Numbered from the stretch's first letter, positions 26,881 to 36,335 are shown. The stretch is 64,000 bases of DNA from an uncultured virus (IMG/VR IMGVR_UViG_3300017989_000061) (IMGVR_UViG_3300017989_000061); one strand, 5' to 3'. A program made the numbers and translations. Notes: generated by a model not told the origin, from the sequence alone.

Positions 26881-27050
26881 GATGATGTAGAGTATTGTCA
26901 ATTACCCCGCCGCTAAAGACGGCGGGGCTTGTTGCACCACTTTAAGCGGGAACATTAGCAGCCGTTAAGCCGCCGTTAGGCAAATTGACAGTTGCCCAAT
27001 CTGGATAGCTTGTAGCGTCCAGATATTTGAGTACGATATTTTTACTAGCG
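26881..27050 (-). ncRNA. predicted omega/reRNA of TnpB (5' boundary approximate)
   Basis: Inferred from known TnpB locus architecture: overlaps tnpB 3' end and right-end hairpin, guide from flank. Confidence 0.5.
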
Positions 27051-28308
27051 TTGAGGTCTGCATTCAGTTGGAAACCACAATTCCTGCACTTGAACTTACT
27101 TTGCTTATGGCGATTGCCTTTGTGTATGTGTCCGCACTTGCTACAGCGTTGGCTGGTGTATCGTGCGTCAACAAACACAACTTGGCAATTCTTAGCCATC
27201 GCTTTGTAAGCAAGGAATTGCTCAAACTGAAAGAAGTTCCACTTGTTCACTTCCTTGCGTTGTGGTTTTCGCAAAGTTTTTTTACCTTCAAGTCTTTGTT
27301 CTTGGTTAAGTTTCCTTGCTCCACCACGAATACCAGTCAGTTTTTCAAGAACAATGGTTGTTCCTTCTTCAAGACCTTCAACAATTTGTTTGGTAATGCA
27401 ATGGTTGATGTCCTTCCGCATAAGCCGTTCGCTTCGACTGATTTTAGCCAAGTGTCTTTTTGCGGATCGGGACTTCTTGCTTTGAAGTTGTCCCCTCAAC
27501 CTCTCATATCGTTCACTCAATTGTTTAATTCTTCTACCACCGAAGAACCTATTATCACTAACCACAGCAATCTTTTTAATGCCACGATCAATCCCCACGA
27601 ACTTCCCGTTAGGCACAACATCTTCGGTTTCTTTCTCAAATACAATATGCAAAAATGTTTTACCTTTGACTTGGAAAAGGTCTGCCGAACAGCGTTTCCA
27701 AGTAAGATATTGCTCAAAGTATTTGGGAACAAAGATGGGAAGTCTGACTCTGCCGTCCAGCGTCAAGATGTTGATGGTTCGTTTAGCAAAGTCAATCGTC
27801 AAACTTCGGTCATCATAGCGAATTGCCGAGCATTTACTTTGAGGACAGGAAACTTTCTTTCCTTTCTTCTTTCTTGCTTGGACTGCCGCAAGTGCTTCAG
27901 TTGCTTTGACTCTGGCAGAAATGGCAAGTTGGCTTTTAAGTCCTGTATTTTGACGGACTTGGTGATAGGTCAGGTGGTGCAGACGAACTCCGTTAAACTC
28001 TTGGTTGTCCCAAGCAGTTTGACATACATAGTTGAAAGCATTGGTGTATGCCTCAAGCGTTGGCTTGAACATTGTGCTATCAACTTTCAATTGCAGTTTA
28101 ACGGTTCTTATCTGTTTCATATACCACTCTTATATAGAGTAGGTAGAAACAGATTTTGCCGTAAATTATTTCAATTTTGTCCTAATTATTTTGGAGGCGG
28201 GCATTCCTCCCACTACCCTAAAGAGGCTAGGTTGCAGTCTCGTTCGCTACGCTCACTCGCTTTGCAACCTAGCGGCTTCGCCGTAGGGGTTTCCTGCCCG
28301 CAAATTAG
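26897..28308 (-). mobile_element. IS200/IS605-family element, TnpB only (IS1341-like), non-autonomous
   Basis: Subterminal hairpins at both ends, right end finishing TTGAC, TTCAT adjacent to left end, no target duplication, no tnpA. Confidence 0.85.
26942..28120 (-). CDS. tnpB: RNA-guided endonuclease TnpB
   Basis: RuvC GIDRG / VLEKL / NADLNASKNI; YTSQRCSKCG...CRNCG Zn finger. Confidence 0.95.
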   Translation of the reverse strand: MKQIRTVKLQLKVDSTMFKPTLEAYTNAFNYVCQTAWDNQEFNGVRLHHLTYHQVRQNTGLKSQLAISARVKATEALAAVQARKKKGKKVSCPQSKCSAIRYDDRSLTIDFAKRTINILTLDGRVRLPIFVPKYFEQYLTWKRCSADLFQVKGKTFLHIVFEKETEDVVPNGKFVGIDRGIKKIAVVSDNRFFGGRRIKQLSERYERLRGQLQSKKSRSAKRHLAKISRSERLMRKDINHCITKQIVEGLEEGTTIVLEKLTGIRGGARKLNQEQRLEGKKTLRKPQRKEVNKWNFFQFEQFLAYKAMAKNCQVVFVDARYTSQRCSKCGHIHKGNRHKQSKFKCRNCGFQLNADLNASKNIVLKYLDATSYPDWATVNLPNGGLTAANVPA

Positions 28309-28660
28309 ATGAAAATGGTCTCTACGGAGTGTTCAAACGGTGTGCCAGTGTTCTTCAGCCGATCTCGGAGGGTTGGCCTGAAATGTGGTGGTTGTCAATT
28401 AAGTCAATGGATCGTCATCCACGACATGATTGGCGGCATATGATGAAAATCAAGAATGAGTTGATTGGCGAAGAGAATGAAGCTGTTGAATTGTACCCGG
28501 CACAAAGTCGGGTAGTTGACACTTCAAATCAGTATCATCTTTTTGTCATCAAGGACACCCAACACAAATTTCCATTCGGGTACACTGAGGGACTGGTACT
28601 CGATTCCAATTCCGATCAACTGACTCCCGGAGCAGTACAAAGATCCCTTGAAAGCTAAAA

Positions 28661-28936
28661 ATGATTATGACTACCGATAGAGATCGAGAAAATCCAAGGT
28701 TCAATATCGAAACACCACTCGATATCAATCTTTCACTCAACTATGAGATGGCAGAGAAATTGGTCTTTGCTATTGACCAATCTAACATGCTTGACGACAA
28801 GCAACTGTTTGCACTCAAAATGCAGTTGAAGCGTCAATTGGAAGGATGGAAAGGGAAGCCCAATGTCTCGACCAGTTACAGCCCACGGCACGCTCAACGG
28901 CCAGAAGATTACAGCTCCAGTCATCAACCCCGGTGA
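28661..28936 (+). CDS. hypothetical protein
   Basis: co-directional ORF. Confidence 0.55.
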   Translation: MIMTTDRDRENPRFNIETPLDINLSLNYEMAEKLVFAIDQSNMLDDKQLFALKMQLKRQLEGWKGKPNVSTSYSPRHAQRPEDYSSSHQPR

Positions 28937-29402
28937 CTGGTTTGGCAAAACATGGTTGATTGCCGTAAGCATGGGTTTTGAAGCTTCATACTTTGTTGTT
29001 GAAGCTGATTCACCCAGTGATGCAATTGATGAATTTGCTGACAACGATACTTACGGACACCTTGTTAAAATCGAGGAACGTGAGTATAGAGACTATGCCT
29101 TTGCTGTTGGTAAAGGCGATATGATTGGCGGTGAAGAATTTGATCGGGCAGGTTGGGTAGATCTGAATGGCAAATTCTATGACACCGACCCCAAACTTCC
29201 AGAGCCACAAACCAGTGGTTGTGGGACACAATACGATACTGATAATTTGTTCATTCATGGAATAGAGGGAATTCAGAACGGCAAAGGAATGCCATGGCCT
29301 TGCACTTATTCTTGGGAGGGAATGCCGCAATGGGCTGCTGCACTGACTCCTTTGGAATTTGAGGCACAATATGACCAGTTCGAGGAATCCCTTGAATCTT
29401 GA
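28863..29402 (+). CDS. hypothetical protein
   Basis: acidic ORF with RBS. Confidence 0.7.
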   Translation: MSRPVTAHGTLNGQKITAPVINPGDWFGKTWLIAVSMGFEASYFVVEADSPSDAIDEFADNDTYGHLVKIEEREYRDYAFAVGKGDMIGGEEFDRAGWVDLNGKFYDTDPKLPEPQTSGCGTQYDTDNLFIHGIEGIQNGKGMPWPCTYSWEGMPQWAAALTPLEFEAQYDQFEESLES

Positions 29403-29727
29403 TGTCCTCGTCCAGTCATGTGTTGGATCAGGGATGTGCTGTCGTACAGCACCATGTCCATACGGTGAGTGGAATGAGGATAAATCAGCTTGCAAGCATT
29501 TGGTGGAGATCACATCCGATGAAGAAGAAAACCCCAGATTCGGATGCGGAATCTACGACGAGATCGTTAAGCAACCACTCTGGTACCTCTGTCCAGCGTT
29601 TGGACAGGGATGTACCAGCACCCTTTTCAACGCTGATCGACGAGCAATCCTCCGAGAAAATGCGGACAAACATGGTGATCCTTTTGTCCCTCCTGCAAGG
29701 TTTAACAGAGAATGTGATGAGCGGTGA
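29359..29727 (+). CDS. Cys-cluster (YkgJ-like) protein
   Basis: CVGSGMCC..PC...CKHL...CGIY...CP; start uncertain. Confidence 0.6.
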   Translation: MRHNMTSSRNPLNLDVLVQSCVGSGMCCRTAPCPYGEWNEDKSACKHLVEITSDEEENPRFGCGIYDEIVKQPLWYLCPAFGQGCTSTLFNADRRAILRENADKHGDPFVPPARFNRECDER

Positions 29728-29883
29728 TTTGATTGCTCTGTCATGTTATCGGGCAGCAGATATCTGTGCAGACTTGGGAGTGAGTCAAGCAGACTTTGAT
29801 GAAGCAATCAATAAATTTCTGTCTGCGGCAGAATCTAATCGCAGTCGAAATCCAATGCACTCTATGTTCTGAAGGGAATTATT

Positions 29884-30381
29884 GTGTCGATTGAACCACT
29901 TATTGTTGCCATGATAGTTTTGTTGTGTGTCGTTGCTGCTGCAAAAACACGCAATACCGAAACAACAGAACTTGAAATAGACATGGTTCTTCTCGAAAGT
30001 GATCGTCATTTCGAGTACCTCATGAAAGGTGATGGCTTTGATGGGTGGCGTGTTGTTGCACAATCTTCTGCTATCGGTGATTACGAAGATTCTTTTGATA
30101 GACCCGGTAGTAGTTTTTTGTGGGTTGGCGACGATCATCATTTGAATCGTGAAGAAATTGCAGAACTTGTTGATGCTTTGGAAAAATGGAATTGGTCAGA
30201 TAACCAAGCTCTTGAATGGCGTTGTTATTTGCCAAAACATGGAACACAAAACATTCTTCGGCAACAGGGTGATGCAATGTTAATTGGGACGAGAGAAGTC
30301 TCTCTTAACAAAGCTGAAGTCTCTTTGCTTGTTACTTATATGAGAACATGGCTGAAAACTGGTTGCATGGCCAATATCTGA
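29884..30381 (+). CDS. hypothetical protein with signal/TM segment
   Basis: Hydrophobic N-terminus; internal duplication (LNREEIAELV / LNKAEVSLLV). Confidence 0.6.
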   Translation: MSIEPLIVAMIVLLCVVAAAKTRNTETTELEIDMVLLESDRHFEYLMKGDGFDGWRVVAQSSAIGDYEDSFDRPGSSFLWVGDDHHLNREEIAELVDALEKWNWSDNQALEWRCYLPKHGTQNILRQQGDAMLIGTREVSLNKAEVSLLVTYMRTWLKTGCMANI

Positions 30382-30432
30382 CACCCTGTGACCAAGCATT
30401 AAAACTCGAATCTTCTTTCTAAGGAAAATATC

Positions 30433-31224
30433 ATGGGTTACTTCAGTTGGAAATGCAAAGGTTGTGGACATGAACTTTGTGAAGGTGAAGAAGTTCGTCT
30501 AAATGGTTGCCGTGGTACTTATGATGGGTTTGGCTGCGCTGGTGGTTTTGACGCTGGACACAGCGACGTGTATGACCCATCTGCATGGCACAATTCTTGC
30601 TACCTCAAAGCTACGCCAGAAGAACGTCTGGATGAAACTCCGAGTGAACATGCTCCTAATCAGGGTTTTGGTGCAACCAAGCTGGAGTTTGTTGAAAAGT
30701 ACGATCCAGAACAGCCGTACATTGTGGACATGATCAGAATCATTGTTCGTGATAAGTCCGATGATCCAATGGAACTTGGTCAAAAATATGAGTGGTATCT
30801 GACTCCAACAGGCTGGCAGGATCAGGAGGCTTGGAAGAAGCGAGCAGAAGAAGCTTCTGATAAGCTGTGGGAAGGTGTTGACTACAAAGATGTTGATTAT
30901 GCAGAAATGGAACGTCGTCAACATGAAATGGTTGGTCCTCCACCTGAAAAGAATACTAAAGAATTTTCTGATTTAGATGCAGCGATCAGTGCGTCTGAGG
31001 AATTTGTCAAAGGATGCCCACAAGCATCAGGTGGATACTCTGTGACCATTTTTGCCAAACAGGAAAATGGGGCAGAAGGTGCTGTTTACGAAAAGGATGT
31101 GAGCAGCAAAGGTAAGGTTTATGTTGAAAACCGAATTGGACACCCACCAAATGAATTGCCGATTCTTGACACGATTCTTGCAGAACAGCGAGAAACGGTT
31201 GTGAATGGTGCAACAGATTCTTGA
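30433..31224 (+). CDS. hypothetical phage protein
   Basis: MGYFSWKCKGCG start, AAGGA RBS. Confidence 0.75.
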   Translation: MGYFSWKCKGCGHELCEGEEVRLNGCRGTYDGFGCAGGFDAGHSDVYDPSAWHNSCYLKATPEERLDETPSEHAPNQGFGATKLEFVEKYDPEQPYIVDMIRIIVRDKSDDPMELGQKYEWYLTPTGWQDQEAWKKRAEEASDKLWEGVDYKDVDYAEMERRQHEMVGPPPEKNTKEFSDLDAAISASEEFVKGCPQASGGYSVTIFAKQENGAEGAVYEKDVSSKGKVYVENRIGHPPNELPILDTILAEQRETVVNGATDS

Positions 31225-31310
31225 CTTTTGGTTGTAAAGCCGATAAGTTGGCTGACTGAAGCATAAATAGGGTCATGTGCGATGGATTGGAACTTTGCCC
31301 ATCGCATCAG

Positions 31311-31342
31311 AGGCCCGGCGTCAAAACCGGGCCTTATTTTTT
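31311..31342 (+). terminator. intrinsic terminator
   Basis: AGGCCCGG/CCGGGCCT stem followed by TATTTTTT. Confidence 0.75.
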
Positions 31343-31376
31343 GGTGAACAACTTCCTTTGGATAAGGAGATCACAA

Positions 31377-31553
31377 ATGCTCGTTCTTTCAAGAAAAGCC
31401 GGAGAAAGGATCGTCATTGGTGATGATATTGTCATCACTGTGATTCGATCAACAAACAGTCAGGTAAAAATTGGCATTGAAGCACCAAAGAATGTAACTG
31501 TTATGAGAAAGGAGCTTCAGGATGTCAAAGAACCTTGCTATGACAATGCCTGA
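31377..31553 (+). CDS. csrA: carbon storage regulator CsrA
   Basis: MLVLSRKAGERIVIGDDIVITV...VKIGIEAPKNVTVMRKEL; AAGGAG RBS. Confidence 0.95.
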   Translation: MLVLSRKAGERIVIGDDIVITVIRSTNSQVKIGIEAPKNVTVMRKELQDVKEPCYDNA

Positions 31554-31887
31554 AGAACTTCGCTATCGAATTGACAGTGTTCGCAATGGCACCAATGAAG
31601 GCTACGGGGACAAATCAAGTCTCCGTAGCTTTACTGGATTTGCACGCCATCGAATCAAAGAGTTGACACCCTTCATGAAGGCAACAGAGAAAGACAAGTC
31701 TTTAATTGCCGATGATATTGGCAAACAACTTGTTGAGGAATACGAATCGCTCGTTGAACTTTGTGAAGAAGCACAGGTTGTTTTGGACGACAACAGCATC
31801 CTTGGCTTTGATATTCGTGGTAAGGAATGGTGGGAAAGGCATTTTGATTCCCCTCATCCTTGGTCGGAGAAATCTAATGACAACTGA
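31522..31887 (+). CDS. hypothetical protein
   Basis: co-directional ORF; start uncertain. Confidence 0.6.
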   Translation: MSKNLAMTMPEELRYRIDSVRNGTNEGYGDKSSLRSFTGFARHRIKELTPFMKATEKDKSLIADDIGKQLVEEYESLVELCEEAQVVLDDNSILGFDIRGKEWWERHFDSPHPWSEKSNDN

Positions 31888-32383
31888 CATTCAAGAAGAA
31901 CTGATCGATCAATCGGTCGAAGATGTTCGACACCTGCATAATGTATTACGTCACATCAATCGTGTTCGTGAAGACACATACCTGTTGGGAACTCGTTTGA
32001 TTGAAGGCGGGGAAACACAATTGGGGATCGACCTGATTGGACTTGGGTTGATCCATGATGCCAGTAAAATCCACAATCAGCTTGAATTCAAACACTTGCG
32101 TGACGATCAGGTGGGAACTCCTGAATTTAAAGCTGCTTGGTTGTCTCATGCAACTACAAACCTTCATCATCCAGAAGCATGGAACGGCATTGAAGAAATG
32201 CCCCGTGTTTATGTTGCTGAAATGGTTTGTGACTGGAAAGCCAGATCATCTGAATTTGGCAGTGATGTAATGGATTGGGTGAAAAAGCGAGCCACTGGTC
32301 GATTTGGCTTCAGTACCAGCGGCAAGGTCTACAAAGAGATCAAAGAATTCTTTGGTATCTTGCTCGATAAACCTTTTTCGTAG
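31877..32383 (+). CDS. HD-like (DUF5662-type) protein
   Basis: HDASK, H...N.HHPE, MP...VAEMVCDW.ARS. Confidence 0.75.
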   Translation: MTTDIQEELIDQSVEDVRHLHNVLRHINRVREDTYLLGTRLIEGGETQLGIDLIGLGLIHDASKIHNQLEFKHLRDDQVGTPEFKAAWLSHATTNLHHPEAWNGIEEMPRVYVAEMVCDWKARSSEFGSDVMDWVKKRATGRFGFSTSGKVYKEIKEFFGILLDKPFS

Positions 32384-32392
32384 GGAAACAAC

Positions 32393-32566
32393 ATGCTCTC
32401 AAGGATGTTTTGTGGCGGCGTAATGCTTATTGCTATGATGCAGGGTTGCACTGTGACTACCGGAGTTTATGTCGAAAAAGACTGGATGATCGATAGTCAC
32501 ATCAACCCTGATATGAATACGAAATTTAAGATCGAAGCAACAAGAACATTTGGTGACACCCACTGA
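32393..32566 (+). CDS. small putative lipoprotein (57 aa, not in ORF track)
   Basis: Hydrophobic N-terminus ending MMQGC. Confidence 0.5.
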   Translation: MLSRMFCGGVMLIAMMQGCTVTTGVYVEKDWMIDSHINPDMNTKFKIEATRTFGDTH

Positions 32567-32574
32567 GAGCAAAC

Positions 32575-32853
32575 ATGGCTACTCTATCTGTCAGCTACGA
32601 AGCTGAACTGTACTATGGTAATCCCGGTGAAGATATAGACACCCATCAATCAGATCATCCAGACCAGATCATTGATAGTTTAGTCGATGATTTGTTTCCT
32701 GAACCAGAAAGACTTGGTTCGGGAATGGGGTTTGGACGCCGTGATGTCCAGTATAAGTTTAGAAACAAAACTGATGCCGAACGTGTGTGGAAACACATCA
32801 AAGAGTTTTGTCCCTTTCCAATTCAACTAAACAACATATATGAAACATCATGA
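32575..32853 (+). CDS. hypothetical protein
   Basis: GSGMGFGRRD segment. Confidence 0.65.
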   Translation: MATLSVSYEAELYYGNPGEDIDTHQSDHPDQIIDSLVDDLFPEPERLGSGMGFGRRDVQYKFRNKTDAERVWKHIKEFCPFPIQLNNIYETS

Positions 32854-33440
32854 CACGCTCATTCAATCATCCTCTTGTCTCTCAAGTGAAACGAGATTTC
32901 TTTCCATCTGATTCAGCAATTCAGATTGATTTATCGATTGAGGGACAGGAAATTGATGATGAAGGTCGTTACATTATTGGCCCTTGGGCTGGGCCAGAGC
33001 CAGAGATGCCAAATTTGTTCCATGAAATGGGACACTTTGCTGACCGTGAAAAAGATAAGCTGGAAGAATTTCCCAATGGTGGCTGGGGCTATGGACAGGG
33101 CCAATTCTGGCAAATTGGGACAAGTTGGGGTTACGAGCCACAAACAGATCAATCCGTGGTTCGTGAAGGACGATGTTGGGCGTACCAGATTTCTCTGATG
33201 CGTCACTATGGACTGGAAACAAATGTTTCTGAAGTGGTAGCTTCTGCTGTTTGGCTGCCAGCATTCACTATCTACAAACGATCATCTTTAAAAATAGGCG
33301 ATGACAAGTCCAGACTTTCTGCGTTGGCAGAAGAAGTCGATGGCTTGAGCCAAACTACTCACTCTTTTGATGCTTTTCAAAAAGCATGGTTTGACCGTCT
33401 TAGACACCTTACTGGGAAGAGACAACTACAAACCTGCTGA
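32850..33440 (+). CDS. HExxH metallopeptidase-like protein
   Basis: LFHEMGHF with downstream E (REGRCW). Confidence 0.55.
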   Translation: MTRSFNHPLVSQVKRDFFPSDSAIQIDLSIEGQEIDDEGRYIIGPWAGPEPEMPNLFHEMGHFADREKDKLEEFPNGGWGYGQGQFWQIGTSWGYEPQTDQSVVREGRCWAYQISLMRHYGLETNVSEVVASAVWLPAFTIYKRSSLKIGDDKSRLSALAEEVDGLSQTTHSFDAFQKAWFDRLRHLTGKRQLQTC

Positions 33441-33451
33441 AAGGAACCACT

Positions 33452-33709
33452 ATGTCCGCTGAAACAATTCTTGATGAGATCGGCGAAGAACAGGGCTGGA
33501 ATGACAGTTCTAAGCTGTCACTGTGTCTTCAGTATATCGAAAACCAAAACTCTGACTCTGCCTTTGAGGATTTTCTCAGAACACAGGCAGAGGAAGAAAC
33601 CGGTTGTGACAGCTACATGGACATTAGTTAATGTCGCACATCAAATCAACATTTGACCAGTTGTGATGATGATGGTTTCTGTAATTCATGTGGTCATCAG
33701 GAAGCTTAA
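33452..33709 (+). pseudogene. small gene with in-frame TAA at 33629-33631
   Basis: 59-aa ORF continues in frame through CDDDGFCNSCG to a stop abutting the next ATG. Confidence 0.5.
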
Positions 33710-33937
33710 ATGAAACCCTCAGAATTTTACAAATACAAGATGGTTCCGTACAGTTCAGACACCATTGATTTCCTTGAAGGGAAAACAATTGAAGCTACTG
33801 ATCGGTCATCAAATTGTTTGAACATTCGATTCACTGATGGCACTTGCATCTGTATTGAATCAACAGGTCACAATCACATTGAAGTTCTTGATGTTCAGGA
33901 TGAAACTCGTTCTGAATTCAATGACTTTCCAATTTGA
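33710..33937 (+). CDS. hypothetical protein
   Basis: co-directional ORF. Confidence 0.6.
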   Translation: MKPSEFYKYKMVPYSSDTIDFLEGKTIEATDRSSNCLNIRFTDGTCICIESTGHNHIEVLDVQDETRSEFNDFPI

Positions 33938-33948
33938 GGAAAAACACC

Positions 33949-35463
33949 ATGGCTCGTGGAAGACAAAAACTGGTTATTGACAAAGATGAATTTCAGAAAG
34001 TCGTCAGTGATCTGGAATCGTCTGAGAATTTTTCTACGCTCTCCAAACTCTGGAAAGCAGTTGAAGGAACAGACTGGGCTAAAAATCTTGAGCCACGTCC
34101 GTTGACTGCTTCTGTTGCTTCTCAACGAGCACAGGAGCTTGGCATTGAGATTAAAACCAAAAGTGCTAAGCCGAGAAATGGCGAGAATAAAAACTCCATG
34201 TCTCGTGGAAGGCAAAAACTCGTCATCGACAAAGATGAATTCCAGAAGGTTGTCAATGATCTGGAAGACAAACAGGAATTCACAAGGCTTTCAGATCTTT
34301 GGAAAGCAGTTGAAGAAACAGACTGGGCGAAGAATCTCCAGCCACGTCCGTTGACTGTTGCCGTTGCTATTCAGAGAGCAAGAGAGCTTGATATTGAAAC
34401 CAAAACCAAAAGTGCCAAAGGTAAAGGTGGTGCTGGTCGGGGAAAACAAAAATTGGTCCTCGATAAAGATGAGTTTCAGCAGGTCGTCAACGATCTGGAA
34501 GATAAGCATAGCTTTACCAAAGCTTCAGATCTTTGGCAGGCCGTTGAAGACTCTGATTGGGCCAAGAACCTCAAGCCACGTCCTTTGACTGCTGGTGTGG
34601 CTTATCAGCGTGCCCGAGAACTTGGCATTGAAACCAAAACCAAAAGTTCCAAGGGCAGAGGCGTTAAAGAAAAACTCGTCATTGACAAAGATGAGTTTCA
34701 GAAGGTTGTCAATGATCTTGAAAGCAAGCGTGAATTCAAAAAGCTTTCAAGTCTTTGGAAAGCAGTTGAAGAAACAGATTGGGCCAAGAACCTCAAGCCA
34801 CGTCCTTTGACTGCTGGTGTAGCTTATCAGCGTGCCCGAGAACTTGGCATTGAAGTCAAGACAAAAGGCACCAAAGGCATCACCAAAGTCGAAGTTGACA
34901 AAGATGAGTTTCAGCAGGTTGTCAATGACCTTGAGAGCAAGCAGGAATTCAACAGGCAGAGTGAATTGTGGGCTGCTATTGAGGAGACAGACTGGGCCAA
35001 GAATCTCCAGCCACGTCCACTCAAAGCACAGACTGCTGCTAAACAGGCTGAACGACTTGGTATTGAAACCAAGGTCAAGAAGCGACGTAGACGCAGTGAA
35101 TCTGAAGAAAATCACGAACCGAACATTTATGATCGGCCTGACCCGTTGAATGCAGGGGTGCCACGTCCCACCAGAGGGACATATTTTGTGCTCGCTCCTG
35201 CTGGTTCATGCCCTCATAAACTTTCAGACACCCAAGAAGATGCTGTAGTCGATTGGGCTACGAAGGTTGTGGAAACGTGTTTCACATCAGATCGACTGAT
35301 GGCACCAACAGCTTTGAATTACTTTGTTAGTCATTTTTACGATGTTTTCTCGGAAGATTACGATCTGGCCAAGGAACATATCCAAAACAACAAAGATTTG
35401 ATTTATGAGTCCATTGGGGCTTGTTATCAGGAAGGTGATGATAGCGATGGCGAACAAGATTGA
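33949..35463 (+). CDS. protein with five tandem ~75-80 aa repeats and a unique C-terminal domain
   Basis: 5x DKDEFQ.VV.DLE...LW.AVE.TDWAKNL.PRPL...RA.ELGIE.K; GAGG RBS. Confidence 0.9.
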   Translation: MARGRQKLVIDKDEFQKVVSDLESSENFSTLSKLWKAVEGTDWAKNLEPRPLTASVASQRAQELGIEIKTKSAKPRNGENKNSMSRGRQKLVIDKDEFQKVVNDLEDKQEFTRLSDLWKAVEETDWAKNLQPRPLTVAVAIQRARELDIETKTKSAKGKGGAGRGKQKLVLDKDEFQQVVNDLEDKHSFTKASDLWQAVEDSDWAKNLKPRPLTAGVAYQRARELGIETKTKSSKGRGVKEKLVIDKDEFQKVVNDLESKREFKKLSSLWKAVEETDWAKNLKPRPLTAGVAYQRARELGIEVKTKGTKGITKVEVDKDEFQQVVNDLESKQEFNRQSELWAAIEETDWAKNLQPRPLKAQTAAKQAERLGIETKVKKRRRRSESEENHEPNIYDRPDPLNAGVPRPTRGTYFVLAPAGSCPHKLSDTQEDAVVDWATKVVETCFTSDRLMAPTALNYFVSHFYDVFSEDYDLAKEHIQNNKDLIYESIGACYQEGDDSDGEQD

Positions 35464-36184
35464 TCCGGTTCAGGAAGACGCTGATGTGTTGGGTGTTAAA
35501 GAGACTCATCCATGTTATGGGATGATCGGTCTGAATCGCCAGACTCATCCCGGTGGAACGATTCTTTTCGGATCGTCTATTCCTCACTCCAATGTCTTCA
35601 GCCTGACCATTCGTCCTGCATCAAAGTATCGAAATCTCAATAGTGACAGGTACTATGGCGAACGGAACCCTCACATTGAAGTGCTGATCAGTGGCACTCA
35701 GTTGATTGACCTGATTACCTCTCCCAACATGGGAGATGGAATCCCCTGCACCATTCATCGGCTGAATGGTGAAAAGATTGATGATTGTCCTGACACCAAT
35801 CAGCGTAAGAAATTCGAGGACGAGTTTGACGCAACCGTTAAGGAAGCAACACAACAGGCCATGGAACTTGAGGTTCAGATTGCTGAATTGCTGGAGCGAA
35901 AAGGCACCATCAAGAAGGCAGACAAAGAAGAACTTCGCAGAATGGTTGGTGCTGTTGTCTCTAAGCTGCGATCAACTGTTCCTTTCATTCAGAGTCAGTT
36001 CAATGAGGCGATTGATCGAACTGTAACTGAAGCAAAAGGTGAGGTTGAAGGGTTCTTTACCAGCAAGGTTGAAGCACTCGGTCTTGAGGCCCTGAAAGAT
36101 CAGTTGGAGCAATTCCTGCTTCCTCATGTCGATGATCAGGGGAAGCTGGAAGGTCCAAATGAGACACCTGATGAAGAATCGTAA
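35447..36184 (+). CDS. hypothetical phage protein
   Basis: LFGSSIPH...NMGDGIPCT followed by coiled coil. Confidence 0.75.
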   Translation: MANKIDPVQEDADVLGVKETHPCYGMIGLNRQTHPGGTILFGSSIPHSNVFSLTIRPASKYRNLNSDRYYGERNPHIEVLISGTQLIDLITSPNMGDGIPCTIHRLNGEKIDDCPDTNQRKKFEDEFDATVKEATQQAMELEVQIAELLERKGTIKKADKEELRRMVGAVVSKLRSTVPFIQSQFNEAIDRTVTEAKGEVEGFFTSKVEALGLEALKDQLEQFLLPHVDDQGKLEGPNETPDEES

Positions 36185-36335
36185 TGGAATCAGCAACCGT
36201 GCAAAACTGGATGAAGTAAGCAGTGCCTGATGCTAAAGGGCTAGTCCAGATAGTTAAAACTGCCGTAGCGGGTAGAACAAAGCCATCGGTTGTCTATTCC
36301 TTTTGTTTTGGAAACTTTAACTGAAAGAAGGCAAG

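Larger units (their letters stand above)
26779..28658 (+). pseudogene. phage gene split by IS insertion (26779-26896 + 28309-28658, 155 aa when joined)
   Basis: Removing 26897-28308 gives in-frame ...DDVEY-Y-ENGLYGVFKR...HDWRHMMKIKNELIG...AVELYP. Confidence 0.8.

Noticed and set aside
26897..28308. IStron (group I intron-IS hybrid) that would splice out of the host gene
   Set aside because: The element is antisense to the host gene and has under 200 nt upstream of tnpB, too little for a group I core
27068..28312. 414-aa + strand ORF
   Set aside because: Antisense shadow of tnpB; no recognisable motifs
33949..35080. DNA repeat array (CRISPR, iterons or DGR template/variable repeats)
   Set aside because: Repeats are in-frame protein repeats with mainly synonymous differences; no reverse transcriptase or cas genes in the window
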